64,000 nucleotides of DNA from IMG/VR virus record IMGVR_UViG_3300044904_000300, positions 71,822-135,821 of that record, one strand, 5' to 3'. The translations under genes were made by a program, and so were the position numbers. Shown one piece after another: positions 48,656-58,566 of this stretch (within the stretch, counting starts at the first letter, position 1; each line of letters starts with the position of its first letter). This DNA is from a virus. The notes below the pieces were generated by a model. The model searched no databases and was not told the DNA's origin. It saw nothing but the letters and a program-made list of their open reading frames with translations.

Positions 48656-49990
48656 TGCAAATAGTTCGTAGTTGACCCAGCCCTGTTTTGCCGCAGGATC
48701 GGTAATCGGTGCCTTGCTTCCGATGATGCGAACCTTGGCCGACTTGGTCGAAAGGAATGAAAACCCGAGTTGTCCCTGGTCCTTTTCCCACAGCGCATTC
48801 TTTAGATTCGCCTGCCAATAGTCTTTTCCTACAAGAATCGTATGAAGCGCGGCCAGGTCCGCCTTGCTCTGATTGATCTGTGCCGCGATCACCTGATTGA
48901 AAAATGCGGTAATACTCAAGGGAAGCGCGTCTTTGATCTGAGGATTGATATTTTGAGCCAGACCGGTATTCTTACTGTTCGCATACCACGACTGTATCGC
49001 AGCCTGAATCGTTGCGACCTCTGGTGACTTCTTGCCCGCGATAATCTGAAGCGCGGCCGCCTCTATGCCCGCATCACTTAACTGTGAAGCCGGGATCTTC
49101 AGGATGTACCGCACCCCATATGCGTAAACAATCGTGCGAGAGTCTTTCTCCGTGTGTCCCGCCGCCGCAGCGACGATGTTCTTCAGGACCCCCGGCTGGA
49201 GCTTATGTTGAGCATCCAGTTCCCGAGCAGGCACTAATAGATTGCCAAAGAAGCTCGCCTTGGCGCCGACTCCATACTTGGAGGAAATGCCATAGAAGCT
49301 CTTGTCCTGCATTTCCAAGAAGCTGTCCACACCACGAAAGGCGGGGTCTGTGGGCACATGAAATGCAGTGGGCCGGCCCTTGAGTGGTGACTGAATACTC
49401 AGGACCCCGGCCTTGTTTCCAAGTAGGACCCAGCCGACGAGGAGTTCTCCAACATAGACGCCGAGTTTCTTCCGCACCGCCATATCAATTCCGCGCCAAT
49501 CTAATCCCGACCGAGGTGCGGCAAAGAAATCTTCAAAGACCGAGGCGACACCTTTACCAAGTTGTGAAGCTGACGCGCATCCCTCGATGATGCTCTTCTT
49601 AATCATGGCCGCCGATGTGAACGTAGCAACGGGAATCGGATGACCATGATACTTGAACCGACCTTGCCGAGCCCGACCCGCAAACTTCCGAGCATCCAAC
49701 GCGGAAAGTGACCCCACCCCGCTGGCGCCTGCTCCAGAGGAAGGCTTATGCGTGATGGACCAGGTATTATCAACGAGCACATGCCCGTAGACCGAGTGAT
49801 CGGAGACCCAGCGTCCAGAAGCTCCAAAGACTTTGGCGAGTGCCTGGAGGAGTTTCTTTCGGGCCTGACGGTCCTTTTCGGGAGTCCGGATAATGAGTTT
49901 CTTCGAGGAAGCCGACGGCGACAGCACCTGGGAATAGCCCGCAGACTTGAGGACGGAGAGGAGTTGTGCTTGGGTGCGTGGTGTCGGCAT
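48653..49990 (-). CDS. Late hypothetical protein, possible PD-(D/E)XK-like fold
   Basis: Start MPTPRTQ just after minus-strand TAAATA (49996-50001); GELL, VDSF..., ISSK.G.GA. Confidence 0.55.
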   Translation of the reverse strand: MPTPRTQAQLLSVLKSAGYSQVLSPSASSKKLIIRTPEKDRQARKKLLQALAKVFGASGRWVSDHSVYGHVLVDNTWSITHKPSSGAGASGVGSLSALDARKFAGRARQGRFKYHGHPIPVATFTSAAMIKKSIIEGCASASQLGKGVASVFEDFFAAPRSGLDWRGIDMAVRKKLGVYVGELLVGWVLLGNKAGVLSIQSPLKGRPTAFHVPTDPAFRGVDSFLEMQDKSFYGISSKYGVGAKASFFGNLLVPARELDAQHKLQPGVLKNIVAAAAGHTEKDSRTIVYAYGVRYILKIPASQLSDAGIEAAALQIIAGKKSPEVATIQAAIQSWYANSKNTGLAQNINPQIKDALPLSITAFFNQVIAAQINQSKADLAALHTILVGKDYWQANLKNALWEKDQGQLGFSFLSTKSAKVRIIGSKAPITDPAAKQGWVNYELFA

Positions 49991-50969
49991 GTTGGTATTT
50001 AGAGCGCGCCCGGGACAGAGGCTAAGACTGGACTCTGGCAATAAGTTAGAGGGATTCAGATGGGCAGAGAGTGTGCCGAGGACTGGCAAGGTCCCCGGTG
50101 GGGACCTGACTATAGTGGAGGGAAGTGGAGAGGGGTGGGGAGCGAGAGCGGGCAGCGCGGCCCTAGGCGCAAGAATGCCTTGCGGGCAAACGAATAGGCG
50201 CAAGAAGGGATATGAGAGGAATGGGTAAGGAAGGCTGGAGTTTTGGGGCCTGGGCCAAAGATGATGAGAAGGGACATGAAGGGACATGGGGTTTTTGGAT
50301 TCGGCTAAGCGCCCCGACGAAGGCGAAACCTCATGGCACCTTAAGGTATAACAGGTATAAGCTATGGCCTAGGCCTCCTCGCGCGCCCCGAAACTTTGGC
50401 GTTCGGCAAGTGGCGATTTCGTGGTGTGTGTTTAAGAGTATTAATATAACTCGATATAACTTCCATAACACTTCATAACACTTCGCAGCACTTCGAAAAA
50501 CTTCGTCGTTCGCAAGGCCGCACAGAGCACGGGCTAACACTTACCGAAATTGAAACTCGCACAACGTTTGAAGTATTCTGTGTGTAGTCTCGTTCAGGTG
50601 TTAATATAAGTTCTATAAAATTTCGACATGTGCATTCCACCAGTTGTGCGACCGCCAAAGTCTGGTAGAGTTTATGGCCTTCATGGCCCGGGGCCCCGGG
50701 GCGGGGGGCTGCAGCCCGGAGCCTAGGCCCTGTGCGGCATTTTCTTGTGTCAAGTTTTGAGGGTGTGCATTAATAATGAACGCCTCACGCCTTCAGAGAC
50801 CTAATGAAAACTCTAATGTTTTTACATGGTGCGGAAACTTGCCGAGCATACCAAAAATCAGGCAAAATGCTAATGTTTTCGGCAGCGTAAGAAAAGCGAA
50901 AGTCGATCCCTGTAACCTGTTGCGTTTATTGGTGTGCTAAAATAGGACACTTTAAGGGGCAGAATTCAG

Positions 50970-50998
50970 TAGACAAGCGGGGGCCATGAGCGTATAAT
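50970..50998 (+). promoter_or_regulatory. Early sigma70-type promoter (leaderless candidate)
   Basis: TAGACA-N17-TATAAT; ATG 6 nt downstream. Confidence 0.7.
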
Positions 50999-51004
50999 AG
51001 AATC

Positions 51005-53506
51005 ATGAAGTCGAGCACTGCTCAAGTCACTAGTATGTTGGATCTGTTCAACGATTCGAAGCGTGCGGTGGCGAACCTGATGGCGCGTGAAAACATCACC
51101 GTCCAGGTGATTGACGGGCTCGACACCGCGAAGTTCTCGCCGGAACTTCGAATCCTTCAAGTGCCGAATTGGACCGGTCTGACCGTGGAGCAGTGCGACC
51201 TTCTGATGTCGCATGAAATCGGTCACGGGCTCTTTACTTCGCGTACCGCCGGCAAGGGTCTGAAGCCTGGACTGTTCTCGTACCTGAACATCATCGAAGA
51301 TGCTCGCATCGAGCGCCGCATGAAGGGCGCGTTCCCTGGTCTCGCCCCGACGTTCTTCAAGGGCTATCGCGAATTTCACACCAACGGCCCGATCCTGAAG
51401 GGGACCAACACTGCGTTGATCAACCCCAAGACCGGTGAACAGGTCGCGATTGCTTCCATGAAGCTCATCGACCGTATCAACCTCCACTATAAGATCGGCG
51501 CGTTCGCGACGGTCCCGTTTACCGCCGAAGAGCGTGTGTGGCTGTCGCGCATCGATAAGGCGACCTCGACTGAGGATTGCCTGACTATCGCCCGCGAGCT
51601 GCACAAACTCGCGAAGGAACGGGACACGAAGGAACAACAGCAGAACCCCTCGAACCAGCCGAACCCCTCGAAGGGGCCCAAGCAGGAAGAGACCGAAGAG
51701 TCGGATTCGGATAACTCGCAGGACCAGGACGCCAGCGATGGTGAGAGCCAGGACGGCGACGAAGACGAATCGGACGACCAGAACGGTGCGGGCGACACGT
51801 CGGACGAAGAAGACGAAGACGAAAAAGACGGCGAAGGCGCTGGCGACGAGGACGAAGACGAAAAAGACGCCGATGGTGGAAACTCTGCCGACGGCGAATC
51901 TGACGAAAACGACGAAGACGAATCGGACGAAGCCAAGAGCAAGAGCGATGGCGACAACCCGCATGGTCAGGACCAGCAGAAGGACGCGTCGAACGCGGCC
52001 GGTGCTAACGATGACCCGAGTGCGGATACTGACGACCAGACGCAGGAAGGGCTGAAGAACATCGCCGCGAAAGCGGGTACGAGTGTTGTGCAACATCTTC
52101 TCTATCCGGTGCTCAACGATGAGGTCATGAAGGATCGAATCGTTATGGCGCGCGATTTCGCTGAAAAAGCGCACAAAACCCTCGCCGCGAATGGCGTAGC
52201 CGCGTCGGAACTTGAGGCGCTCGAAGGCATTTGGAATGATCAGTTTCTTATGACCGCGAAGCATATGGCGCTGGAGTTCGAACGCCGTAAGAATGCCAAG
52301 TGCCTCGCGAACGTCAAGACCGCGAAGTCGGGGAAGCTCGACCTGACGAAGCTCTCGCAGTATCGCTGGACCGAGGACCTCTTCAAGCGTTCCATGACCG
52401 TGCCGAACGGCAAGTCGCATGGCATCGTCATGATGATCGACGGTTCGGGCAGTATGTCGTCGCAGTTCGCTGCCGTCATCGACCAGACGCTGCTCTTCGC
52501 GGTGTTCGCCTTCCAGGTGAATATCCCGTTTGAAGCTTACATGTTCTCGGACGCTGCTGCGCAGGATGCGAATGGTAACCCCATCCGCTTCTCGTTTGTG
52601 TCGCAGGGGCTGAATACGTTCACACTCGGCGAGTCGGGCCGCCTGATTGGCCTCGTGAATACGACCACGGACCGTGCGGGTTTCAAGCGCCAGATTCGTG
52701 CGCTGCTTGCTGTGAAGACCGCGTATGACCGCAAAGCTAACGTGTCGCAGGAACTGTCGGGCGCTGTCCATCAGATTCCCGATGCGGCGCTGTGCGGCAC
52801 GCCGTTGTTTACGGGCATGATGATTGCCGAGCGTATTGTCGCCCGCATGAAAAATCAGCAGAAGCTCGATAAGACGACCTTCATCGTCATCACCGATGGC
52901 GAGGACACGAACCGCCTGTGGTTCAAGACGAACACGCCTGACCCGTATGCGTATGCACGCCGCGCTGGTTACACCAGCCTCGACAGCCCGTTCGTCGTGC
53001 GCGATGCAGTCACGAAGAAGAATCTCTCGTTCGTGCAGACCGACACGTATTATGGTGCGACCATGCCGCAGAACGGGGTGCTGACTATGCTCCTCGACGT
53101 CATGAAGCTTCGCCATGATACGCGCACCGTGTATATCTACATGCAGGAAGATCGCAGCCAGTATTACTACTCGTGGCAGAAGCCCAAGCGCGTGACGTAT
53201 CGGACCGATGGGTTCGACTATCTCATCCGTGCGGGGAAGCAGGAAGCTGCGAAGAGGATCGAGCCGACGACGATCACCGAGGCGCTCCGCGCTGATGGTC
53301 AGTATGTGCTGCCGTCGGACATCGCTGTGGCGGACCTCGCGATCATCCTGCCTGTGGGTAGCGTGACGCTGACGGAAGACGAATTCAAGAAGCTCGATAC
53401 TGCCGACCTCACGCAGAAGAAGATCGCTGCGGAGTTCACCAAGAGCATGGTGAAGGCACAAGCGAATCGCAAGTTCGTCAACAGCGTGGTGCCTCACCTC
53501 GCGTAA
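51005..53506 (+). CDS. CobT-like/VWA protein with HExxH N-domain and acidic linker
   Basis: HEIGH, NIIEDARIE, D/E-rich linker, MIDGSGSM (MIDAS), TPL, ITDGE. Confidence 0.85.
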   Translation: MKSSTAQVTSMLDLFNDSKRAVANLMARENITVQVIDGLDTAKFSPELRILQVPNWTGLTVEQCDLLMSHEIGHGLFTSRTAGKGLKPGLFSYLNIIEDARIERRMKGAFPGLAPTFFKGYREFHTNGPILKGTNTALINPKTGEQVAIASMKLIDRINLHYKIGAFATVPFTAEERVWLSRIDKATSTEDCLTIARELHKLAKERDTKEQQQNPSNQPNPSKGPKQEETEESDSDNSQDQDASDGESQDGDEDESDDQNGAGDTSDEEDEDEKDGEGAGDEDEDEKDADGGNSADGESDENDEDESDEAKSKSDGDNPHGQDQQKDASNAAGANDDPSADTDDQTQEGLKNIAAKAGTSVVQHLLYPVLNDEVMKDRIVMARDFAEKAHKTLAANGVAASELEALEGIWNDQFLMTAKHMALEFERRKNAKCLANVKTAKSGKLDLTKLSQYRWTEDLFKRSMTVPNGKSHGIVMMIDGSGSMSSQFAAVIDQTLLFAVFAFQVNIPFEAYMFSDAAAQDANGNPIRFSFVSQGLNTFTLGESGRLIGLVNTTTDRAGFKRQIRALLAVKTAYDRKANVSQELSGAVHQIPDAALCGTPLFTGMMIAERIVARMKNQQKLDKTTFIVITDGEDTNRLWFKTNTPDPYAYARRAGYTSLDSPFVVRDAVTKKNLSFVQTDTYYGATMPQNGVLTMLLDVMKLRHDTRTVYIYMQEDRSQYYYSWQKPKRVTYRTDGFDYLIRAGKQEAAKRIEPTTITEALRADGQYVLPSDIAVADLAIILPVGSVTLTEDEFKKLDTADLTQKKIAAEFTKSMVKAQANRKFVNSVVPHLA

Positions 53507-53507
53507 T

Positions 53508-53693
53508 TTGGAAGGACTGAGAGAGAACATGGGAAACCCTGCTAGTGAAACGCTTCGAATGCTGCCGAGTGCCCCCACGGGTAACACCGCGCATATCGGA
53601 CGCATCGAGTCCATTATCACCTCGTTGGTGATGCGAATTGCGGACCTTGAAGGTCGCCTTTCGAAGCTAGAACAGAAGGTGGAGAAGATATAG
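53508..53693 (+). CDS. Small coiled-coil protein
   Basis: C-terminal heptads; start probably ATG 53528. Confidence 0.4.
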   Translation: MEGLRENMGNPASETLRMLPSAPTGNTAHIGRIESIITSLVMRIADLEGRLSKLEQKVEKI

Positions 53694-53744
53694 CGAAACC
53701 CAAAAGGGGAGGCAACCCCAATAAACTGCCGACTTTCATATACG

Positions 53745-53789
53745 AAGGGGTCAGGACTGGGTAGGAACGACAAACCCGACTGACCCCTT
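53745..53789 (+). other. Stable RNA hairpin / possible terminator
   Basis: AAGGGGTCAG...CTGACCCCTT with inner GGGT/ACCC pairing. Confidence 0.5.
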
Positions 53790-53954
53790 AGTGTTTATCC
53801 TGCCCGATAGCACACGCTGCCAAGCGCATCCTGGCGAGACCTTCGCTTTTGTTATGCTTTCTGATTACAATTTTGTAAGTGCAACCTGACTTGCGTGACT
53901 TTCGCTTTCTCTTCAAAAATCTGCTTTGGTTACAATTTTGTAACCACTATTCGA

Positions 53955-53983
53955 TTGACATCGGCAGGATATGAGCGTATAAT
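53955..53983 (+). promoter_or_regulatory. Early sigma70-type promoter with upstream palindromes
   Basis: TTGACA-N17-TATAAT; TTACAA-TT-TTGTAA at 53865 and 53930. Confidence 0.8.
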
Positions 53984-53990
53984 GGTATTC

Positions 53991-54137
53991 ATGATCAAGT
54001 CAGTTAGCACACTCTACAGCCGATGCCTCGCGATCACTCTCGCGGACGGTTCCACAGTCAACGTCAAGGTGATGGGCGACAAGGTCGCCGCGAAGGCGGA
54101 CGCTGCCAAGCTTCTCGCCGCGCTGTCCACCAAGTAA
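53991..54137 (+). CDS. Small early protein (48 aa)
   Basis: ATG 7 nt after the -10 box; MIKSVSTLYSRCLAITLADGSTV. Confidence 0.55.
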   Translation: MIKSVSTLYSRCLAITLADGSTVNVKVMGDKVAAKADAAKLLAALSTK

Positions 54138-54195
54138 CCCTTCAGCTAGGGCTCTGCCCTTGCGGGAGGCAATAAACCCCGCACCGCCGGAAAAT

Positions 54196-55461
54196 ATGAA
54201 AATGACGAAAGAACAGAGGCACGCCGGCATCAACGCGGACCTTCGCAAGACCTATGGCGAGACCATCACGCGGGCACAGTTGTTTGACTACAAAACGAAG
54301 ACCGGGATCTTCGCGGAATGGCTCCAAAAGGGCCCCGAAGCTCACAAGATCGGGCGCGGCCTCTACACGGTCCCGTCTGGCGACGGTTCGCTGTCGCCCC
54401 TGCCTATCGCGAAGCCCGCGAAGGTTGAGCGCCTCGTGCCGGTGACGGCCGTCGCGCCGGAACTTGCACCCGTTATCTCGATGAGCGTGCAGGCGGATGT
54501 GCGAGACCACGATCTTCAGAACGCGACCATCGAGGACAAAATGAAGGCACTCGCGCAGGGTGCTTCGCTGCTCTCGACCATTCCTGCTCGAAATAAGACC
54601 TTCGTGCCCTTTGGGGACTACGACATGGTTGAGCAGGTGCTGTCCTCGCGTCAGTTTTTCCCGATCTACATCAGCGGCCAGTCTGGCAACGGCAAGACCT
54701 TCCAGGTCGAGCAGGCGTGCGCGAAGCTTGGGCGTGAATACGTTCGCGCCAATATCACGCTGGAAACCGACGAAGACGACCTGCTCGGTGGGTTCCGCCT
54801 CCGCGATGGCAACACCGTCTTCGAGCCGGGTCCCGCCATCGTCGCGATGCTCCGCGGTGCTGTCCTGTTGCTCGACGAAGTCGACCTCGCCAGTCCGAAA
54901 CTGCTCTGCTTGCAGCCCATCATGGAAGGCAAGTCGATCACGCTGAAGAAGCTGGGCATCACCATCGCCCCCGCGCCTGGGTTCACCGTCGTCGCGACCG
55001 CGAACACCAAGGGCCGTGGCGATGAGGCGGGGCACTTCGTGGGCACCGGTCTTCTGAATGAAGCGTTCCTCGAACGTTTCCCGATCACCGTGGAGCAGGA
55101 ATATCCTTCAATCGTCATCGAGAAGAAGATCCTCGCAAAGCACTTTGAGGCCGCGGGCTACGCCATGACGCCTCATGCAGTCACGTTCTTCGATACGCTG
55201 TCCCGCTGGGCTGATGCGATCCGCATGACCTTTGCCGAGGGCGCGTGCGATAGCATCATGTCGACTCGCCGTCTGTGCCACATCGTCCGCGCCTATGCGA
55301 TTTTCGGGGGCGACGATGCCCGGGCTCTGACGTATTGCGTGAACCGCTTTGACGCGAAGACGAAGGAATCGTTCCAAGACCTCTATAACAAGCTCGCGCC
55401 TGACGCAGCGGGCACGCCCTCGAACGTCGGACCGGATGCGTCCGCGCCGGTAGGGTTCTAA
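54196..55461 (+). CDS. cobS: MoxR/CobS-family AAA+ ATPase
   Basis: GQSGNGKT, DDLLGG, LLLDEVD, TANTKGRG, LNEAFLERF, STRRL.HI. Confidence 0.88.
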   Translation: MKMTKEQRHAGINADLRKTYGETITRAQLFDYKTKTGIFAEWLQKGPEAHKIGRGLYTVPSGDGSLSPLPIAKPAKVERLVPVTAVAPELAPVISMSVQADVRDHDLQNATIEDKMKALAQGASLLSTIPARNKTFVPFGDYDMVEQVLSSRQFFPIYISGQSGNGKTFQVEQACAKLGREYVRANITLETDEDDLLGGFRLRDGNTVFEPGPAIVAMLRGAVLLLDEVDLASPKLLCLQPIMEGKSITLKKLGITIAPAPGFTVVATANTKGRGDEAGHFVGTGLLNEAFLERFPITVEQEYPSIVIEKKILAKHFEAAGYAMTPHAVTFFDTLSRWADAIRMTFAEGACDSIMSTRRLCHIVRAYAIFGGDDARALTYCVNRFDAKTKESFQDLYNKLAPDAAGTPSNVGPDASAPVGF

Positions 55462-55505
55462 TAACCGAATCGCTGACAGCTACAAAGGACAAGAAGTAAC
55501 AGAGT

Positions 55506-55712
55506 ATGAATAGAATCAGAAACGCACGGGAATACCACAAGGCTTTGGACGAGATGGACCTCATCGAGCGCTTCAACCAGTTCAACAGTCTGCCGGGTTT
55601 CCTGCGAACCAAGCTGTTGGCCCTTGCAGCAGCCGTCGAGACCTTCGAGCTTTCCCGTGCCGATAGCGCAGTCATGTGCTCTCATGATGCGGATTATGTG
55701 AGGTCCAAGTGA
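55506..55712 (+). CDS. Small hypothetical protein
   Basis: 68-aa ORF after the ATPase on the same strand. Confidence 0.45.
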   Translation: MNRIRNAREYHKALDEMDLIERFNQFNSLPGFLRTKLLALAAAVETFELSRADSAVMCSHDADYVRSK

Positions 55713-56136
55713 CGCATCGATTTCAAACCTTTTTGGTGTGGGCAAACATCATCACATTGGCCTTGATGTTCGGATACCTCATCGCCATCATCGCCATGTG
55801 TGTCACCCAGTAGAGAGAGAGAGAGATGTCGAACATGCAAAGTAAGTGGCAGAAGATCGAGTTTTCCTATGGGTTCGCTGTGCTGTATATGGGCGAGCGA
55901 ATCGCCTTGACCTCAACAGAAGAGCAAGCAGATACGCTGATTGCCGCGGAGAAGCGGCGAGTGGTGAGGGAAGCGAAGGGGCTTTGAGTTTTGGGGTCTT
56001 GATCCCCGGGCCCCTGTATGGTCGATGTAAAAATCGGACCTTTGGGGTCCTATACGGGACTCCGCGCCGGGCAGAAGATTCTAAGGGACTCCAAAACTGA
56101 AAATGCCGAAAGGTCAAAATGGTTTCAAAATCCGTC

Positions 56137-56160
56137 AAGGGACTGTATAAGGGACTGTAT
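56137..56160. repeat. Tandem 12-bp repeat AAGGGACTGTAT x2
   Basis: Direct reading; partial copy AAGGGACT near 56083. Confidence 0.7.
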
Positions 56161-56305
56161 AAATGCGTAAACCTATCAAGAAGCTCAAGTTCCCCCGAGT
56201 GCCGCTGATTCGGCAGACCGGTGGAGCGCACCGAGACGAGCGGAGACCCGCCAAGGTCAATGCCCGGGCCGCGTTTCGAGCGGAAACCAGGCAAACAGAA
56301 TGCGC

Positions 56306-56335
56306 TTGACAAGTCTGGGCCAAGTGTGAGATAAT
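56306..56335 (+). promoter_or_regulatory. Early sigma70-type promoter (leaderless candidate)
   Basis: TTGACA-N18-GATAAT with TG; ATG at 56342. Confidence 0.65.
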
Positions 56336-56341
56336 AGGACC

Positions 56342-56557
56342 ATGAATATCCAAGCTGGCAAACGCTATCGGGTCTCAATCCGATCAACAGGACAGCATCA
56401 GTTTACTGGGTCTGCGGTGGTCGATGTGCTTCAGGTGCATACGAACGGAACCGTCACCGTGAAAACCGTGCCGTCCCGTTCCGTGCCGGGGAGCTTCACC
56501 TCGCGGGTTCCCCTGAAGTTCGAGAACGGGGAGCGGGTCTTTACGGAGGTCGTGTAA
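56342..56557 (+). CDS. Small SH3-like protein
   Basis: IQAGKRYRV..., beta-rich; directly after the promoter. Confidence 0.55.
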   Translation: MNIQAGKRYRVSIRSTGQHQFTGSAVVDVLQVHTNGTVTVKTVPSRSVPGSFTSRVPLKFENGERVFTEVV

Positions 56558-56595
56558 TGGCAAGAGCGACCGACCTCCGTGCATAATAGAGAAAT

Positions 56596-56799
56596 ATGAA
56601 TAGAACAGTTCGTTCGTTGGATGGGTGCCCGACAAAGACGCGGCCCGAGACCGTGGCGGTCCTCGTCCTCGTGGTGGAGTTTGATGAGATGCCCGAGTCG
56701 GCGCATCTTGAGGCGCTTGTGGATATGTCGCGGGAACAGGGCGGACCTGTCCGCGCCGACTTCTACAATTTGGCCCCGGCGAAAACGAGTCTTCTATGA
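56596..56799 (+). CDS. Small hypothetical protein
   Basis: Packed operon; GAGA RBS. Confidence 0.45.
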   Translation: MNRTVRSLDGCPTKTRPETVAVLVLVVEFDEMPESAHLEALVDMSREQGGPVRADFYNLAPAKTSLL

Positions 56800-57038
56800 G
56801 CGAGAACAAGAATTTCAAACACATTATCTACCCAGGCGAATCACGCTTGGAATCTCTTGGTGATCCCGTCGTGTTCTACAAGTGGGAACGGAACGAGCAA
56901 GGGGTCTGGTCCGAACGCTTTTGGTCCTTCGAGTTGTTCGCGCAAACGCAGGACGGCGAGCGCGTCATCGGATTGGTGTGTTACATTGTTACTACGTGGG
57001 ACAACCTTCATGTCAAAAAGTCTGCCAAAGCTCGGTGA
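56796..57038 (+). CDS. Small hypothetical protein
   Basis: ATGA overlap with the previous gene. Confidence 0.45.
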   Translation: MSENKNFKHIIYPGESRLESLGDPVVFYKWERNEQGVWSERFWSFELFAQTQDGERVIGLVCYIVTTWDNLHVKKSAKAR

Positions 57039-57318
57039 TCCTGTGACGTATTCCGCCGGAAGTGACCGCTATCCCGCGACCGTGATCTATATCTCTCCAA
57101 CGGGACATGAGGTCTGGATACAGTCTGACGACTCTCGGTGCATTTCCGGTAACTCTCATAACAGCGAACAGCAGGAATGGGAATATACTCAGAATCCGAA
57201 TGGCGGAATCTTGAAGTGCCGTTGGTCCCTGAAGAGGCATCGTTGGATGTCGGACGGGGCCCGCGGCGTTCCGGTAGCATTCGGGCATCGGGAACGCTAT
57301 AATGACCCCTGCTTTTGA
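57010..57318 (+). CDS. Hypothetical protein
   Basis: PKLGDPVTY..GSDRYPATV, G.R..Y.DP.F; recurrent phage-type motif. Confidence 0.6.
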   Translation: MSKSLPKLGDPVTYSAGSDRYPATVIYISPTGHEVWIQSDDSRCISGNSHNSEQQEWEYTQNPNGGILKCRWSLKRHRWMSDGARGVPVAFGHRERYNDPCF

Positions 57319-57334
57319 TGCGCTAAATAGTTCT

Positions 57335-57538
57335 ATGGCGAAGAAGAAACAGAACGCAGCGGCCGCAGAACAAGATCCGTTTCAGCCATCTCACGATATG
57401 AATGGCAAACTACTCGTCTGTGAGGAATGTGGTGGTTCTGACGGCAAACGATTTTACATTATTCCGGGCAAGCATGTTTGCTCGAAATGTTACAACGCTT
57501 GGATGCAACGCAATACGCCGCGCTCTAAGCGGATATAG
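57335..57538 (+). CDS. Small Zn-finger protein
   Basis: CEECG...CSKC; TAAATA at 57324. Confidence 0.55.
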   Translation: MAKKKQNAAAAEQDPFQPSHDMNGKLLVCEECGGSDGKRFYIIPGKHVCSKCYNAWMQRNTPRSKRI

Positions 57539-57553
57539 AAAAGGTGATAGACC

Positions 57554-57799
57554 ATGGGTGAAACTCTACTTGACCAGCTTGACACAATTGAAAGAAAACT
57601 CGCGGAACTGATTCATGCAGTCCGCCAGATTCGTTTGGACCAGGTGAACCAGGGACAGGATGCTCCGACGCCTCCTCGCGTTCAGGATGCTCCGACGACT
57701 AACGCTCCCGCGCATGAAACGCTCCCGCAGATTACTCAGCCCCGTAGCATTCATGGGTCGCTGGAGGACGTGCTTGGGTTCCCGAAGGATGGACGATAA
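57554..57799 (+). CDS. Small hypothetical protein
   Basis: AAGG RBS; coiled N-terminus. Confidence 0.5.
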   Translation: MGETLLDQLDTIERKLAELIHAVRQIRLDQVNQGQDAPTPPRVQDAPTTNAPAHETLPQITQPRSIHGSLEDVLGFPKDGR

Positions 57800-58257
57800 T
57801 GGAATGGTTTGATAGACTCGTAAAGCGGACAGAAATGTACCAGTCGTCGCTCGTTCTTCTCGGCGAGCTTGCAGCGCACGTTAGGTTACAGAACGCTTCC
57901 ATCTCGGACTTGATGGGCGAAAACGTCAAGTACCAGGCGATGCTCCGCGACAAGTCGCGCATCATCGATGAGCAGGCAATTACTATCGGAACGTTGAACC
58001 TGCGCGTTTATGATTTAGAGCAGCCGCTTCCGTTGGAAGACGTGACGAAGTTTGAATTCCCCGACGACGTAATAGCTTCTCGCCAACCGTGGCCCCGTCT
58101 TGAACTCGCGAATGGTGGAAAGATGCCGACCATCAAGACCAAGAAGACCACGAAGAAGGTGACGAAGAAGATCGTTGTAGACAAGTTTCCTGTGAAGGGA
58201 AGTAAGGTGCGCCGAGTGGTTGCGAAGAAGGCGCCCAAGAAATCAAAGAGGATGTAA
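57799..58257 (+). CDS. Coiled-coil protein with Lys-rich tail
   Basis: Start overlaps the previous stop; KKTTKKV..KKAPKKSK tail. Confidence 0.55.
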   Translation: MEWFDRLVKRTEMYQSSLVLLGELAAHVRLQNASISDLMGENVKYQAMLRDKSRIIDEQAITIGTLNLRVYDLEQPLPLEDVTKFEFPDDVIASRQPWPRLELANGGKMPTIKTKKTTKKVTKKIVVDKFPVKGSKVRRVVAKKAPKKSKRM

Positions 58258-58258
58258 C

Positions 58259-58537
58259 ATGACGCAGAGATTGACTGATATGCAGTATCTCGCGGACATT
58301 CGTGAACGCTCGAAGGAAGCCTGGCGGATACACGACATGCCGCCCGTTGACCCCGAGACTGGTGTGCCAAAGCCGTTTCGAGTGATCTCGAAGGCGGACG
58401 AGGACGTGAAGTTCCTGTTGAGAAAACTGGACGAAGCAAACGACGAGATTGCCAGACTGGAAGACATGGTAGATGATCCGTTGGGTGATGCTGATTTAGA
58501 TCCACAGAGATTTCTCAACGGAACGGTTCTGAAATGA
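58259..58537 (+). CDS. Small hypothetical protein
   Basis: DV..LL..LD motif; tight packing. Confidence 0.5.
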   Translation: MTQRLTDMQYLADIRERSKEAWRIHDMPPVDPETGVPKPFRVISKADEDVKFLLRKLDEANDEIARLEDMVDDPLGDADLDPQRFLNGTVLK

Positions 58538-58566
58538 AATCCGTCTAATCATGTAGGGGTCTTTGT

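Noticed and set aside
49991-50287. ORF-track extension of the 48653..50287 gene
   Set aside because: Low-complexity Pro/Leu translation of purine-rich DNA; a late promoter sits immediately before ATG 49990.
50966-53773. 935-aa minus-strand ORF
   Set aside because: In-register shadow of the strongly GC3-biased VWA gene; no start signals or recognisable motifs. Noted as a caveat for the antisense-HEG finding, but that insert is not GC3-biased host-like sequence and has motifs on both strands' contexts.
54142-55035. 297-aa minus-strand ORF
   Set aside because: Shadow of the AAA+ ATPase gene.
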